In this document: piece after piece, positions 19,105-30,020 of the stretch
How positions within the stretch are numbered: the first letter of the stretch is position 1
Layout of the letters: every line of letters starts with the position of its first letter
DNA from: a virus
Reading direction: 5' to 3' (one strand)
IMG/VR virus record: IMGVR_UViG_3300049200_000099
Span: 1-64,000 of that record
DNA length: 64,000 nt
Position numbers and translations under genes: made by a program
The notes under the pieces: generated by a model
Databases searched by the model: none
What the model was told of the DNA's origin: nothing
Seen by the model: only the letters and a program-made list of their open reading frames with translations

Positions 19105-19614
19105 TCAACATAGATATTCGTCAATTATTTTCTTGGCCTCATCAAAACCGCACGCAAAACATGCGGCATATCCAGCTAATTTTAACCTGTTTAGAATTTT
19201 ATTTTGCTCATCTATGTGATCATACTCTTCGACAACAATTTTACCTTTTTTAATTTGTTTTTTGGCTTTTTTAAGCGTACTGCCATCTACTAGGTAAATT
19301 TCACTTTTGTCTTTTTTTAATTCAATAAAGAGTCCATTGAAACTGTATTTATTAGCTACATTGTTCCATTTACCAGGATGTGCAATGAAGAGATCCGGAA
19401 TACCTCGCGAGGATCGCATGCGTTTATGCAGGGCACCAAGAAATATCGGTAAATGAAGCCCAGAAGCCACATCACATGTGAATATTACATGTGGATATTG
19501 CAGTTTCAGATAATTGCATACCTGGAGTTGAATGCGCTCCTCATGCTTTTTCTTTTTGCCGGTCGATAGAATTTTCTTTGGCTTTTCAAATAGAGCCCCC
19601 TGGTTATTCAACAT
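19105..19614 (-). CDS. VRR-NUC domain nuclease
   Basis: EERIQLQVCNYL...RGIPDLFI...GLFIELK...GYAACFACGFDEA fits the VRR-NUC / PD-(D/E)XK pattern. The ATG at 19614 is preferred over the listed TTG at 19620. Confidence 0.75.
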   Translation of the reverse strand: MLNNQGALFEKPKKILSTGKKKKHEERIQLQVCNYLKLQYPHVIFTCDVASGLHLPIFLGALHKRMRSSRGIPDLFIAHPGKWNNVANKYSFNGLFIELKKDKSEIYLVDGSTLKKAKKQIKKGKIVVEEYDHIDEQNKILNRLKLAGYAACFACGFDEAKKIIDEYLC

Positions 19615-19888
19615 CGCCAAATTTTTCTCGGGTGCCTTTCAATGCGCTAAGCATACCATCAAAGATGTTAGCAGTACATACCGCTTCGTACAATTTGCCT
19701 TCACTATCGGTCATGAACAAGCGAACACCTGTTTTACCACCAGAGGTTGCTTTTTCGCAAAATACAATGGTATGAAGATGTACAGGTGTTCCTGATTTTT
19801 CATCTATCCCTGGTATTGGCGGCTTGCCGGCCACCTGGTCCGTTAGGGTGTGAATTAAAACTGTTAGCTGAGATACTTTTCCTGACAT
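19604..19888 (-). CDS. hypothetical protein
   Basis: 94-aa ORF, operon-packed. Confidence 0.45.
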   Translation of the reverse strand: MSGKVSQLTVLIHTLTDQVAGKPPIPGIDEKSGTPVHLHTIVFCEKATSGGKTGVRLFMTDSEGKLYEAVCTANIFDGMLSALKGTREKFGDVE

Positions 19889-19890
19889 AG

Positions 19891-21915
19891 TTATTTTCGG
19901 TTTAATTTAATTTCGTATTGCAATGGATCAACAGGCTCATGTGACAGGTGTAGCTTGTCATTTACATTGATAACAGCATTTATAATTCCAGCGGTTGATC
20001 TTTTGTCTGTAAAGCGAAGGTGGAACTTATTTTTTAAATATAAGAGATCGCTGCCAATATTATCAAAGCTATTTACCGCAGGATCCAAAAACAAAGAAGT
20101 CGAGAAGTATCCATCCATGTTGGCAACCGATTTCACGCCGCCCCTGCAAACAGGTCCGCTATCGCGCTGTAAGCTGTTGGGTGCTCCGGATACGTGCATA
20201 AGCCCGATCACAGCTACACCTGCACCATCATGCGCATGCTTAGCAACCTCTTTCAATACGCCTGTGTTGTGTATTGCAGCCTCCGCTTCTTTTTTACCAA
20301 GCGGGTCCATTTGAGTGAGACCATCCACAATCACCAGTTCTATCCTTTTACCTATTTTAGCTTCTACATTTTTTATGGTGGCCAGGATGCTTGTATATCC
20401 AGCGCCATTACCATTGAACATAATAAGGTTATTGTGTAACACTTTGTTGATCTCAGCAATAAATGTAGGAAGCGTTTGAGGATTTAATTTTTTACTTTCA
20501 ACAAGATCATACAGATTAACGCCAAGTGTCATTAGCGCCAGTCTCTCGTAGAATTGGAATGGAGACATTTCGCCATTTAAATATAGAACGGGTTTATTTT
20601 TGCATGCAGCCAGTGAGCTTATATACTGCGCAAACACACTCTTCCATGTTCCTCCAACACCGATAAGTCCGTAGAAATTGCCAGGCATGATACCTCCGCG
20701 CATTGGCTTATCGAAAATATCAAAGGTGGTAGGTATCGCAAGCGAAGAGGCTATACTATCCAAAATAGACATGCCCATATCCTCAGCTGTTGACCAGTTT
20801 AATGTATGCGCATCGGTAGCCATTGCCACATTCTGCTGTAGCATCTGAACTGACTTACCCATGATATCAAGCAGCGTGGCCCGGTTGATATCAATAAACC
20901 CCTCATTTTTGTAGTATTTAGCCACTTTGGCGACAATATCGTTGATCTCATTGATCGGAACACCATGATGGTATAACATCGCTGTTTTGGCCATTATATC
21001 GTTTAACACGATATCATTGGTATAGTTGGCTACGTATGGAGGCGCCTGAAATTCCTGCACTCCTCCCAGGTTTTTTATTTCTACACTTCCGTGTTCCCAG
21101 GCCTGATGGAAGTAGGCAGATTTTACGCAGTGAACCAATTCCTTTTCGTCAAGGTCTCCGTAATTATTCTTTATTAAGAATTCAGCATCACCCATGGACA
21201 CTCCACCCCGGTTAAGGGCACAGCACATGGCATGCACATAATTATTACGACCATTAGCGTAGACAAAAGATCGCTCTACCCACTTCACGCAGGTTTCAAA
21301 AATGAACTTGATATCCTTACTCGCCTGGTAATTTTGTAAGTTGGCAGGCATCACATATTGCTTACTGACCTCTCCAAAGCGCTTATCCACCTCAAAAACT
21401 TTCCAGTGTTCCTTTACGACCGGCGATGGATCGTATGACATGTAACATATTCTGGATAAATTCTTGCCAGAGTTATCCACCTTAAAGCAATACTTCTCTT
21501 CAAATACTTTTTGCAGGTGCAGAAATGCTGCCAGGTGATACTCGAAGCTTGTGTCTACTTGCACAAGTATCTTTAGCCCGTTACCGGAGGGAGACAGGAA
21601 AGCAAACTGGACATAATCATCCGTTGCCATTTGTGCCTTCAATCGCTCTACGCTGGCAGGATCTAGGTGATCGATATCCAGGATAAGGTGACGAGAGTAT
21701 TGGTTTATGCACTTATCAAATCGTTCTGTGAAGGTTCCTGACCATGTACAAGCAGGTAACTTTTCCTTGGCTGCCTTATACTCCTTGCCTGTGAGGGTCC
21801 GGAGCCGTGCGATAGTTTCAGCATAGGTGCCGTTGATGATGGCAGCCTTTACAGAATCCATCGGAACGTCAGCAAATTCCTCAGAAAAAGTATTCTTGTA
21901 CAGAGAAATATTCAT
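19891..21915 (-). CDS. primase-helicase (BT4734/VirE-like N-terminal domain + DnaB/RecA-type P-loop C-terminal domain)
   Basis: The N-terminus (PACTWSGTF...HLILDIDHL) is typical of VirE_N/BT4734-type primase domains. The C-terminal half has Walker A GVGGTWKS and Walker B-like LVIVDG. Confidence 0.7.
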   Translation of the reverse strand: MNISLYKNTFSEEFADVPMDSVKAAIINGTYAETIARLRTLTGKEYKAAKEKLPACTWSGTFTERFDKCINQYSRHLILDIDHLDPASVERLKAQMATDDYVQFAFLSPSGNGLKILVQVDTSFEYHLAAFLHLQKVFEEKYCFKVDNSGKNLSRICYMSYDPSPVVKEHWKVFEVDKRFGEVSKQYVMPANLQNYQASKDIKFIFETCVKWVERSFVYANGRNNYVHAMCCALNRGGVSMGDAEFLIKNNYGDLDEKELVHCVKSAYFHQAWEHGSVEIKNLGGVQEFQAPPYVANYTNDIVLNDIMAKTAMLYHHGVPINEINDIVAKVAKYYKNEGFIDINRATLLDIMGKSVQMLQQNVAMATDAHTLNWSTAEDMGMSILDSIASSLAIPTTFDIFDKPMRGGIMPGNFYGLIGVGGTWKSVFAQYISSLAACKNKPVLYLNGEMSPFQFYERLALMTLGVNLYDLVESKKLNPQTLPTFIAEINKVLHNNLIMFNGNGAGYTSILATIKNVEAKIGKRIELVIVDGLTQMDPLGKKEAEAAIHNTGVLKEVAKHAHDGAGVAVIGLMHVSGAPNSLQRDSGPVCRGGVKSVANMDGYFSTSLFLDPAVNSFDNIGSDLLYLKNKFHLRFTDKRSTAGIINAVINVNDKLHLSHEPVDPLQYEIKLNRK

Positions 21916-21919
21916 AGTT

Positions 21920-23077
21920 TTAATCGGCGAATGTGGTTATTACAAACTTTAGGTTGTTCTCCTTACTTGGGTCACTGACCTTTGGTTCAATGTAGCAAGG
22001 GATGTTAAATTCATCCGCAAAATAGAGATTAAAATCAGTTTCTTCAACATTACTTAAAATTTTAAGTATCTGATTTGCACTTATGATCTTATCAATATTC
22101 CTGCCAGTGGTGTTTTCAACGCTCATAAGCTCTTCACCTTCTTTGCCGGTTAATGAGTCACTAGCGGTAATGATGATCTCATTTTTGTTCTCGGCATTTG
22201 ATATGAGGCGTATTTTTTTACCCGCTTCCAGTGTGGAGGAATAAAGTTTAAGGCGCTTCACAGCATCCATAAATTCGGCAGTATTAATGATGATGTTGTG
22301 CTCTGGCCTACGGTTGAAGATAGATTCTGAGTTTGGAAACTTAGCATTAGAAGCAACGGATATAACTTCAAAGTGTTCGTCTGCACCCGGGTCAGTAAAG
22401 AAAATAATTTTCTTGCCATCATGTGCAATGCTGATATCACCTTTATCATCTAATAGCGAAAGTACCTTATCTACAGCATCATCGGCAATAACGATAGGCA
22501 CCCACTTATCTATCGAAGAAGGCTTTATATCAACGCGGCACATAAGCCGGTTATCAAGGCCCGTAAAGATGATCCGGTTTTTTATTGCATCTATATTCAT
22601 ACCGTGAGCGTTGATCGTGGAGGAGTCGTCGTTAATAAATTTGCCTGCACACTTTAAAGCCATTTTCAAGTAGAACTGGTGCATGTTTGTTTCATTCTCG
22701 ATCTTATCTACTTTCATTACCGGAAAATCATTCTCAAAAGTATCCGGTACAATGTTGTACTTGGACTTGCCATTCTTTAGCTCAACGGTTATCTTATCCT
22801 GTTTTTCTTTAACAGTTAATACAACTTCATTCTCCCTGAAAAGGTTGATGGTTTCCAAAAAAAGTTTTCCTGGCAGGCATACGCATCCATCATCACCGCG
22901 CACAGGACAGTATACCTTTATCTGTGAATGGTTATCGTTACACAATATTTCCATTACATTATTGGTAACAGTGAGTTTTACGCTTTTAAGGGCCGGAACT
23001 ACAGAGTTGTCGGGAATAAATTTGGAGATGCTCTTGAGCCTGGCTGCAAGCATCTCGCGGTCGATTTTTAGTTTCAT
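21920..23077 (-). CDS. DNA polymerase sliding clamp (beta-clamp, DnaN-like)
   Basis: 385 aa, collinear by eye with DnaN: MKLKIDREMLAARLKSISKFIP...VPALKSVKL, DFPVM, FPNSESIF, three-domain length. Confidence 0.7.
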   Translation of the reverse strand: MKLKIDREMLAARLKSISKFIPDNSVVPALKSVKLTVTNNVMEILCNDNHSQIKVYCPVRGDDGCVCLPGKLFLETINLFRENEVVLTVKEKQDKITVELKNGKSKYNIVPDTFENDFPVMKVDKIENETNMHQFYLKMALKCAGKFINDDSSTINAHGMNIDAIKNRIIFTGLDNRLMCRVDIKPSSIDKWVPIVIADDAVDKVLSLLDDKGDISIAHDGKKIIFFTDPGADEHFEVISVASNAKFPNSESIFNRRPEHNIIINTAEFMDAVKRLKLYSSTLEAGKKIRLISNAENKNEIIITASDSLTGKEGEELMSVENTTGRNIDKIISANQILKILSNVEETDFNLYFADEFNIPCYIEPKVSDPSKENNLKFVITTFAD

Positions 23078-23919
23078 ATTTTATTGAATAGAAGTTGTTG
23101 TTTAAGTTGTTTACAATTTGGACTGATCCACAGGCATTCCGTGCGCTCACCAGCACCATCGGAAAAAGTTTCCTTGGTTTCCATGCGCCAGCCTTTAAGG
23201 TGCTTCTGGTATATTTTATTGTCGTAACCGCTGATGATCACCATGCCCTTTATATCCTTGTAAATTTTACACATTTCAATATGGTCCTTATTGGTCATTT
23301 CGTGGGCATAGGCAGCATTTCCACGCTTCATGTTACGTGTTTCATGGACATACGGCGGATCAGCATAGAAGAGTGTTTCTTTGGAATCCTGCTGCTTTAT
23401 AATGGATCTGTAATCCTTGTTTTCGATTACAATATTCCTGAGGCGCTGTGTGAACTTTTCAATGTGTTGTGGATAATTAGCCCAGTCGTGTGCTGGTGTA
23501 GTACCACTTCTGTTTGCGTTGGCACGGAACCCAGTGGCATATTCAGAGTTAGTGGCAGCAGAGCCGAAGCCTGCGAAGGACCTGAATATTGTTAACCTGG
23601 CACGTTCGATATCATCCTCGATCGTTGTTATGTTTGCATCGCTGGTCGCCAAAAATTCAGTCCGGGAGTACGGAGTTAGTCTTAATAATTCTTCAAGGCG
23701 CTTTGCTTTAATGGGATCACGTAATACTCTGAAAACATTTACCACAATATCCCACCTGTCGTTATACACTTCGGCATAGCACGGCTCCTTGTTCATGATG
23801 ATGTTTCCACCGCCGCCAAAGAGATCAACAAAAATCCTGCACTCCGGAAAATGGCTAATGATCCAATTGGCTAACATGAATTTGCCGCCGTGATATCGTA
23901 AAACTGGTCTGTCCATCAT
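23074..23919 (-). CDS. DNA adenine methyltransferase (D12 class, Dam-like)
   Basis: N-terminal RYHGGKFMLANWI...FVDLFGGGGN and catalytic FYADPPY. Confidence 0.85.
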   Translation of the reverse strand: MMDRPVLRYHGGKFMLANWIISHFPECRIFVDLFGGGGNIIMNKEPCYAEVYNDRWDIVVNVFRVLRDPIKAKRLEELLRLTPYSRTEFLATSDANITTIEDDIERARLTIFRSFAGFGSAATNSEYATGFRANANRSGTTPAHDWANYPQHIEKFTQRLRNIVIENKDYRSIIKQQDSKETLFYADPPYVHETRNMKRGNAAYAHEMTNKDHIEMCKIYKDIKGMVIISGYDNKIYQKHLKGWRMETKETFSDGAGERTECLWISPNCKQLKQQLLFNKI

Positions 23920-24308
23920 TTGTAAATTAAAATTGGGTCTGTTATTCTTATGTATAAATTTTTTTTCTCAATTCCACTATCAATAATAATCTTCCAGGTT
24001 TTTGCCCAATAATCGTAATTCATGTTTTCATCAAAAAAACAATTCCAGTGAGTCTTTCCGTTTATATACGGGTGTTCAAGTTCAAATGGGCAATTTGGAA
24101 TTTTTCGCCAGCCTTTAGTTAGACATGGATTTATTATTGTGTATCCTGTTATTTTATTAGGGTTTATCTCTATATAGTACAATATTCTACCTATTTGTAT
24201 AGCATTAGTTCTGTTTTGTTCAGTGATTAAAACAAAATCATTTGGCAAAATTCCTTTAGACGGAATGCTTGGGGGATTCAGTATGCTAATGTCTTGTTTC
24301 TTTGCCAT
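23916..24308 (-). CDS. hypothetical protein
   Basis: 130-aa ORF with 4-nt overlaps at both ends. Confidence 0.45.
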   Translation of the reverse strand: MAKKQDISILNPPSIPSKGILPNDFVLITEQNRTNAIQIGRILYYIEINPNKITGYTIINPCLTKGWRKIPNCPFELEHPYINGKTHWNCFFDENMNYDYWAKTWKIIIDSGIEKKNLYIRITDPILIYK

Positions 24309-26329
24309 TAATCAAATGTTGGCGGGATAAGTAAACCGAGTTTGTTTTCTTCCTTGTCAATAGCCTCACGTGTTTTACGTATGTGATCAAAGGCATCCTC
24401 AGTTTGCTTTTTAGTAATTACTCCTGAAAGTTCTGGCATATCGGACAGTCGCATAACCCCTCCTTGCTTCCCACTTTCTTCATCATGCTTGTGTACATCA
24501 GATGTCCTTGTTCGAATGGTGTTATCAATATCTTCGGATTGTCCGATATCGGATCCGTTCCCGCTATGTAACTGTGTTTGTTGAATTCCTTGATTTTGTT
24601 CTCCGATTCCTGTTTGAATCTCTTGAACTTTCTCCAGCTTCTGAAATGGCTTAGCAAATACGATATCATCTCTATTTAGTAATTTTTTAATTAGTACTTC
24701 TTTTATATCCTCGCGCATCATGACCTCTTCGCCATCGTTTATAACGGCGTTGATGTCCATTTCCTTTTCTGCAACCAGGTGATATAGATGCTCATCAACA
24801 CTTCCGTTACAGAAGGTATAGTTTACGTTGATCGTGTTTTTCTTACCTATTTCCATACAGCGTTCACAGGCCTGGCGCAGTGGGCGTGGCACCATTGGAA
24901 AGTCAACGATGATGATCTCATCGGCAACAGCCAGGTTAATAGCCTCGCTGGCGGCTTCCATGTTTCCAATGAATACCGGAACATTAGGGTCGGTGCGGAA
25001 TTTCTCGACGATGCCATCACGCTTATGAGACTGGACAGATCCGGTAATAACAACACAGCGATCACCGAAATGTTTTTCAAGCTCAGCGATGGGATCACTG
25101 TAGTTACTAAATATAACCACCTTACCTTTATTTTCAATAATATCCTCCGCCATCTCGATGATACCTTTGAGTTTGGCTTTACTGGTGATAATATTCAGCG
25201 AGTGCAGGTTTCCGGTAAGCGTTGATATCTCTTTCTGTTGTGACAGCTCATGGATGATCTTATCATACTCCTCCCTGTAGTCATCCAATTCAAAGGTGTA
25301 CTGCATGTACGTTTGATTGGGGATATCAAGGCAATCTTCCTTACGCTTGCGGATCATAAAGTTCATAAGCTTTATCTTTAGGTCCCCCAGGTTCTTGGAG
25401 CCGGTAACCCTCTCTCCGCCGCGGCCGGTAGATTTAAGCGTAAAATCCTCCAGGAACTTTTTCTTATTGTTACCCAGCTGATGTTCTGATAGTTTCAGGT
25501 AGCTGAATAGATCATTTACGCGGTTGCTGATCGGTGTGCCCGATAAAAAGGTAATGCGTGGCAATGTAAAGTGCCGGATGATCTTTTCAATGTTTTTGAA
25601 GCGATTGGATTCAGTATTCTTTATTTTGTGGGCTTCATCAAAGATAAAATGACCAATATCAAGTGCTAGGAAATAATTCATGTACTTGTCAAGAATATCG
25701 TAGTTAACGATTATAAACCGCTCGTTGAAGGCCCTCATTGTCCGGGAGCGAGAAGCGTCCAGCACAGTAAAATAAAGGGGGTTAAAGCCAAATTTGGTGG
25801 TGAGATCACGGAACCATGCGTTCCACTTTGCGGTGGAAGGACAGACAATAAGCGTGCGCGGCACCTGATGTACGCGGGAGATTGAAGCGGCGATCACCGT
25901 TTTACCCAATCTCATATCGAGAGCTAGGAAGTTCACGCGCTTGTAAAAAGCTTCAATCAATGTTTCTTTCTGATGAAGATATAAGGAGTATTGCTTGCCA
26001 TCGGTGCCGGTAACAAATTTATTGTAGTACGGTAGCACCGGTTCAATGATAGACTCTGCATAGTTGCGTAGATCGTTGTAAATGCCGCCAATGGTTTGGT
26101 TGAACATATTACGGCGGTCATCTTCAAGTGGTGACTGGTGGAAATTCTTAAAGTTTATCTCTATGAACTTATCCAGTGCCTTTTGATTTGTATAGCGGGG
26201 ATCGCAGGTGATAACCCCGTTATCTGTGTTGATATCGAAATTGTAGCACTTGGCAAGAACAATGCCGGCATCGTCCCACAGCTGGCGGTGCATCTGTACT
26301 TTATTGTCCTGGGTGATTCTGATGTCCAT
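24308..26329 (-). CDS. SNF2-family helicase
   Basis: Motifs LDMRLGKT, DEAHKIKN and LSGTPISNRVNDLFSYLKL, plus a C-terminal helicase domain (ITGSV...KRDGIVEKF...GNMEAASEAINL). Confidence 0.9.
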   Translation of the reverse strand: MDIRITQDNKVQMHRQLWDDAGIVLAKCYNFDINTDNGVITCDPRYTNQKALDKFIEINFKNFHQSPLEDDRRNMFNQTIGGIYNDLRNYAESIIEPVLPYYNKFVTGTDGKQYSLYLHQKETLIEAFYKRVNFLALDMRLGKTVIAASISRVHQVPRTLIVCPSTAKWNAWFRDLTTKFGFNPLYFTVLDASRSRTMRAFNERFIIVNYDILDKYMNYFLALDIGHFIFDEAHKIKNTESNRFKNIEKIIRHFTLPRITFLSGTPISNRVNDLFSYLKLSEHQLGNNKKKFLEDFTLKSTGRGGERVTGSKNLGDLKIKLMNFMIRKRKEDCLDIPNQTYMQYTFELDDYREEYDKIIHELSQQKEISTLTGNLHSLNIITSKAKLKGIIEMAEDIIENKGKVVIFSNYSDPIAELEKHFGDRCVVITGSVQSHKRDGIVEKFRTDPNVPVFIGNMEAASEAINLAVADEIIIVDFPMVPRPLRQACERCMEIGKKNTINVNYTFCNGSVDEHLYHLVAEKEMDINAVINDGEEVMMREDIKEVLIKKLLNRDDIVFAKPFQKLEKVQEIQTGIGEQNQGIQQTQLHSGNGSDIGQSEDIDNTIRTRTSDVHKHDEESGKQGGVMRLSDMPELSGVITKKQTEDAFDHIRKTREAIDKEENKLGLLIPPTFD

Positions 26330-26344
26330 CGGTGTTCTTATTTC

Positions 26345-27622
26345 TTAGGTGGATTTGAATTTAAAAGGGTTAATATATTCTTTATGGCAAGTAGCGCAAA
26401 TGGTAGGATTATTTTCGCCCAAGTCAGGATACTTACAATTACAGTATGTATCCTCTCCTTTCTCCCCTGCATTCTTAGGAGGGTTTGGTAAGGGTTTCCA
26501 ATGTGTTATTTCTTCCGCTTCTTCAAATCCTTCATGCCATAAATCATAGCATAAAAATTTACCTTTCTGAAACATAGATGTTATTTGTCTATTGCCTTTA
26601 CCATACAATAAAACATATTGGCCTTCATCAGGCAATCTATCTCCAACACTTATCCACTCGCCCGCATCAGAGGCTGAGATGTCTTTGGCGAAGTCGGATA
26701 TTAGTTCGCTCATTTTAGTTCCTTCATACCATCCATTAGTTCCAATATCAAAACATTCTATTATTTTTTTATGCAATTCCTCCGCTTTCTTCTCAATCTC
26801 CCCCATGCTAATTTTATTGGGAGTAATTGTCTTTAAAAGAGATTCAATTTTATTAAGCAAACGCATGGTGTTATCCGCTCTAAATAAGTCGCCGTTGTTT
26901 TCCGTTTTAATAAGCTCGGTGCTAAAGAACCATTTTTTAATTTCTTCGTAGCTTTTCGCCACGTCCCATATGCTTACTTGTGGGGTGGGTTTGGAGGATT
27001 GCATTCTTTCACGCATCCATTTTGCGCCACGTTGAAATATTATTCTTTCGTGAGTTGAAATGCCTTTGAATTGCGGGTTGTCTTTAACTGACTCTTGATA
27101 AATCTCCTCATCCGTGACTTCGCTTATTTTCTTGTCTGGACATCCCGGACAGTTTAACCTACAACCGTTATTAAAGCAACCCTCATGATACCATTGTTTA
27201 TCCTCTTGGGTGGGACGGGATTTGAGAGTATTAAAGATTTTGAAAATATGCCATAAAGGATAATAAGTATCTTCGGAATCGTAATCTTCTTTTTTGTATC
27301 CATTTTTTAAAGCCTCATTCAGGTTTACAATAGTTACCCCCTCACTCCTTTCCGTTACCTCAGTATTAGATTTGAATTGAGAGGCGTATTCGTGCATGGC
27401 TTCAAGTACTTCGTTTTTGTAGTGAACAAAATGTTCATTTACATCATAAGTTACTGATTCTATTTTAGGCATTAATATTTCCTCTGCTGATTTTTTCTCC
27501 GTTACCTGTGAGGAGGAGAGATGTTTATGTACAATTTCTAACAATTCGTAGTAAGCGTCATACTGAGTCGTTTTATCAGTATTAACGGCGTTTTCTATTT
27601 TCTCAATGTCTGTCTTTTCCAT
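26345..27622 (-). CDS. hypothetical protein with DUF551-like C-terminal domain
   Basis: The C-terminus EWISVGDRLPDEGQYVLLYG...ITHWKPLPNPP resembles the phage DUF551 pattern. Confidence 0.45.
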   Translation of the reverse strand: MEKTDIEKIENAVNTDKTTQYDAYYELLEIVHKHLSSSQVTEKKSAEEILMPKIESVTYDVNEHFVHYKNEVLEAMHEYASQFKSNTEVTERSEGVTIVNLNEALKNGYKKEDYDSEDTYYPLWHIFKIFNTLKSRPTQEDKQWYHEGCFNNGCRLNCPGCPDKKISEVTDEEIYQESVKDNPQFKGISTHERIIFQRGAKWMRERMQSSKPTPQVSIWDVAKSYEEIKKWFFSTELIKTENNGDLFRADNTMRLLNKIESLLKTITPNKISMGEIEKKAEELHKKIIECFDIGTNGWYEGTKMSELISDFAKDISASDAGEWISVGDRLPDEGQYVLLYGKGNRQITSMFQKGKFLCYDLWHEGFEEAEEITHWKPLPNPPKNAGEKGEDTYCNCKYPDLGENNPTICATCHKEYINPFKFKST

Positions 27623-28971
27623 TACGCTTCGTGCTCTACAAATTTAACATCAAGGTCGGTATCTGTTACTACTTCGGCAATCACTTGGTATCCTCTTTTT
27701 TCAATTTTCTTGATAATGTTATGAAGCGATTGCTTGTCAAACAGCGAAGCGTCATGCAGGAACATTACTTTAAGTGTAGGGTTAAGCGCCATGGCAACAT
27801 CGATACCTATATCAATTAACCTGGCGGTGTTGATCTGTCCTCTATCAAGAGGTAGCCCATCAATGAATATCTGATCCTCAGAGAAGCTTAGGCCTTTGAT
27901 CTGTAGCTGGGATTTGGCGATGATATCAGAAACCCTTTTCTGTAATCCTTCGATCTCAGTTTGCACAGTATCCATATCCTGTTTTGTTTTCAATACCTCC
28001 AGGGATTGTTTCTCATGATTTTTAAGTACTTCGTGGTGCTGGTTGTGGGCGTTGGCATCGGTTAACTTTTTGGTGATGACTTCTACATTTGGTTTTTCAA
28101 CACCATTCATCCACATCTGACCTTTTTCAGCATTTTCCTTAGCCTTGGTATGTTTATCTGTCTCTTCCTTGATTTTGACCCGTTGCTCTGCAATAAGACC
28201 ATTTAAACGCTCGATCTCCTTGTTTGCAGCGATAATGGCCAGATCAGCATTAGCCATGTTTGTTTTAGCTGTATTGATGCCGTTCTCGACATACTGGTAG
28301 GTTTCCATGTTGGTGCCAACAGTACTTAGCTCATGTTCAATGGGTGCTATATCGATGGGGGTGGAATACAGATTTACCTGGTCCTGGGTATATCCATGGT
28401 TCTTTAACACCGATTCCAATTCTTCTGCACGCTCTTTTTTAGCCTTGTAGGTCGCTTTTTTCTCTACTACCTGAGAGATTACTTCATCGATCTGCTGTTC
28501 GCATTTTGTAACCTGCTTTAGCATCTTTAGCTTGGCGGCAGGAGTTTCGTTTAACCATTTGGTAGGATCAAAGGAAACGTTACCTATAAGCCCTTTTACA
28601 AATGATTTTGCGTTTGGAATAGTTTCACCATTTTCATTTGTAACAACCAGCCTTCCGCTTTTTTTACCTGGCGTAAAGTGCAGGTCAAGGAAATATTTCT
28701 TTGGCTGTCCTCCTATCTGACCAGCAAGCGTTACCTGAATACGGGATCTATCCTCTCCATTCTTTATTGGCTCGGTAGGAATTTCCTTGGTATCAAGTGG
28801 AGACATAATCGCCTGTATCAAAGATGATTTGCCAGCACCATTGCGCCCTATGATCATCAGTGACTCTCCACCTATTTCAATGATATGTTTTACAAGGTTC
28901 TTGAAATTTTCAAGAGACAGTGAGTCTAGCCACAGACCTTCGCCGGCGGGAATGTTGTTTTTATTTTGCAT
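27622..28971 (-). CDS. SMC/RecF/SbcC-like P-loop ATPase (recombination-associated)
   Basis: Walker A IIGRNGAGKSSLIQAI, a long central coiled coil and a C-terminal MFLHDASLFD Walker B-like motif. Confidence 0.65.
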   Translation of the reverse strand: MQNKNNIPAGEGLWLDSLSLENFKNLVKHIIEIGGESLMIIGRNGAGKSSLIQAIMSPLDTKEIPTEPIKNGEDRSRIQVTLAGQIGGQPKKYFLDLHFTPGKKSGRLVVTNENGETIPNAKSFVKGLIGNVSFDPTKWLNETPAAKLKMLKQVTKCEQQIDEVISQVVEKKATYKAKKERAEELESVLKNHGYTQDQVNLYSTPIDIAPIEHELSTVGTNMETYQYVENGINTAKTNMANADLAIIAANKEIERLNGLIAEQRVKIKEETDKHTKAKENAEKGQMWMNGVEKPNVEVITKKLTDANAHNQHHEVLKNHEKQSLEVLKTKQDMDTVQTEIEGLQKRVSDIIAKSQLQIKGLSFSEDQIFIDGLPLDRGQINTARLIDIGIDVAMALNPTLKVMFLHDASLFDKQSLHNIIKKIEKRGYQVIAEVVTDTDLDVKFVEHEA

Positions 28972-28976
28972 GAATA

Positions 28977-30020
28977 TTATTCTTTATCGGTTATTTCTTT
29001 TCTAAGTCGCAATTCTTCCTTACGCTGATCGCAGAACTCTGCGACCGGACAAAAGCTAGCGCATTTTACTGACTCACCCGGGCGATATTCCTTGTACATC
29101 TTGGGATGCTTGTGTTTATTCTCAAGGATGAAACTATCTACCTGGCCTTCGGTATCAGCAACACGAAGTGCTTTTTTAGCATTGGGAGTTTTTACAGCCC
29201 ACTGATCGGCTTTGGCCCAGCGCTGCTGGCCGGTACACAGAGGAAGTATTCCGGTATCTTCGGTTTCCTTGTGGAAGGTGAGCAGTTCGCCGATCCAGGA
29301 TCCTACTTTTGGTGTTTCACCAATAGGAATAACGATTTCCTTTATCTGTTTGTCAGGATAATCCTTATGGCGCATGATGCCGGATTCCTGCCAGTCGCGG
29401 AAGAAAGCAACGACAACAATTTTATTAACAGTGTAGCCTTCCATCTTTAGCAGCCATGCATAGATATTTGTCTGGTATGCCCAGCTATCTTTTGACTCAG
29501 GATACATGTAAGAATATACCGAGCAAAATTTGTAATCGTAGAGGGTGTTGGTAAGAGTATCGAAAAGATCAAAGGTGCCATAAAGAACAATACCGTTGAT
29601 CTCCCGGCGCAGGGTAACCTCAAAGATATACCGGTTACCGATCTCCGGAAAGAACACAGGTATCAGGTCCTGCAAATACTTAGCGCATGCACGTAGCTGG
29701 TTGGCCCTGGCCTCTTCATTTGCATTCTGGTATTCCTGAGCTTTAGCGATCAGCGTATCGGCGGTAAGTATAAACGCCCGCTTACGAACATCGTCGATGT
29801 TAGCACGCTCAAGGATGTGGTGGAGGGCGGTTCCTAATAACATGTATAGCCTGTCGGAAACATCCTCTTCGTATTTATGTTTTTTCTTTAAGATACGAAT
29901 TCTTGGGCTATCGATTAATTGTGAAACTGAAATATCTCCAGCGACACGATGACTATCGTGCAAACAAGCTTTATAGATTGTCTCAGGAAGGTTGAGTTTA
30001 TTTGTTATTACTGCTGGCAT
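28977..30020 (-). CDS. PD-(D/E)XK exonuclease, RecB/Cas4-like with C-terminal Cys cluster
   Basis: GTFDLFD...LYDYKF (D...DxK), QTNIY (QxxxY), N-terminal Cys (YKACLHD) and C-terminal CASFCPVAEFC. Confidence 0.7.
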   Translation of the reverse strand: MPAVITNKLNLPETIYKACLHDSHRVAGDISVSQLIDSPRIRILKKKHKYEEDVSDRLYMLLGTALHHILERANIDDVRKRAFILTADTLIAKAQEYQNANEEARANQLRACAKYLQDLIPVFFPEIGNRYIFEVTLRREINGIVLYGTFDLFDTLTNTLYDYKFCSVYSYMYPESKDSWAYQTNIYAWLLKMEGYTVNKIVVVAFFRDWQESGIMRHKDYPDKQIKEIVIPIGETPKVGSWIGELLTFHKETEDTGILPLCTGQQRWAKADQWAVKTPNAKKALRVADTEGQVDSFILENKHKHPKMYKEYRPGESVKCASFCPVAEFCDQRKEELRLRKEITDKE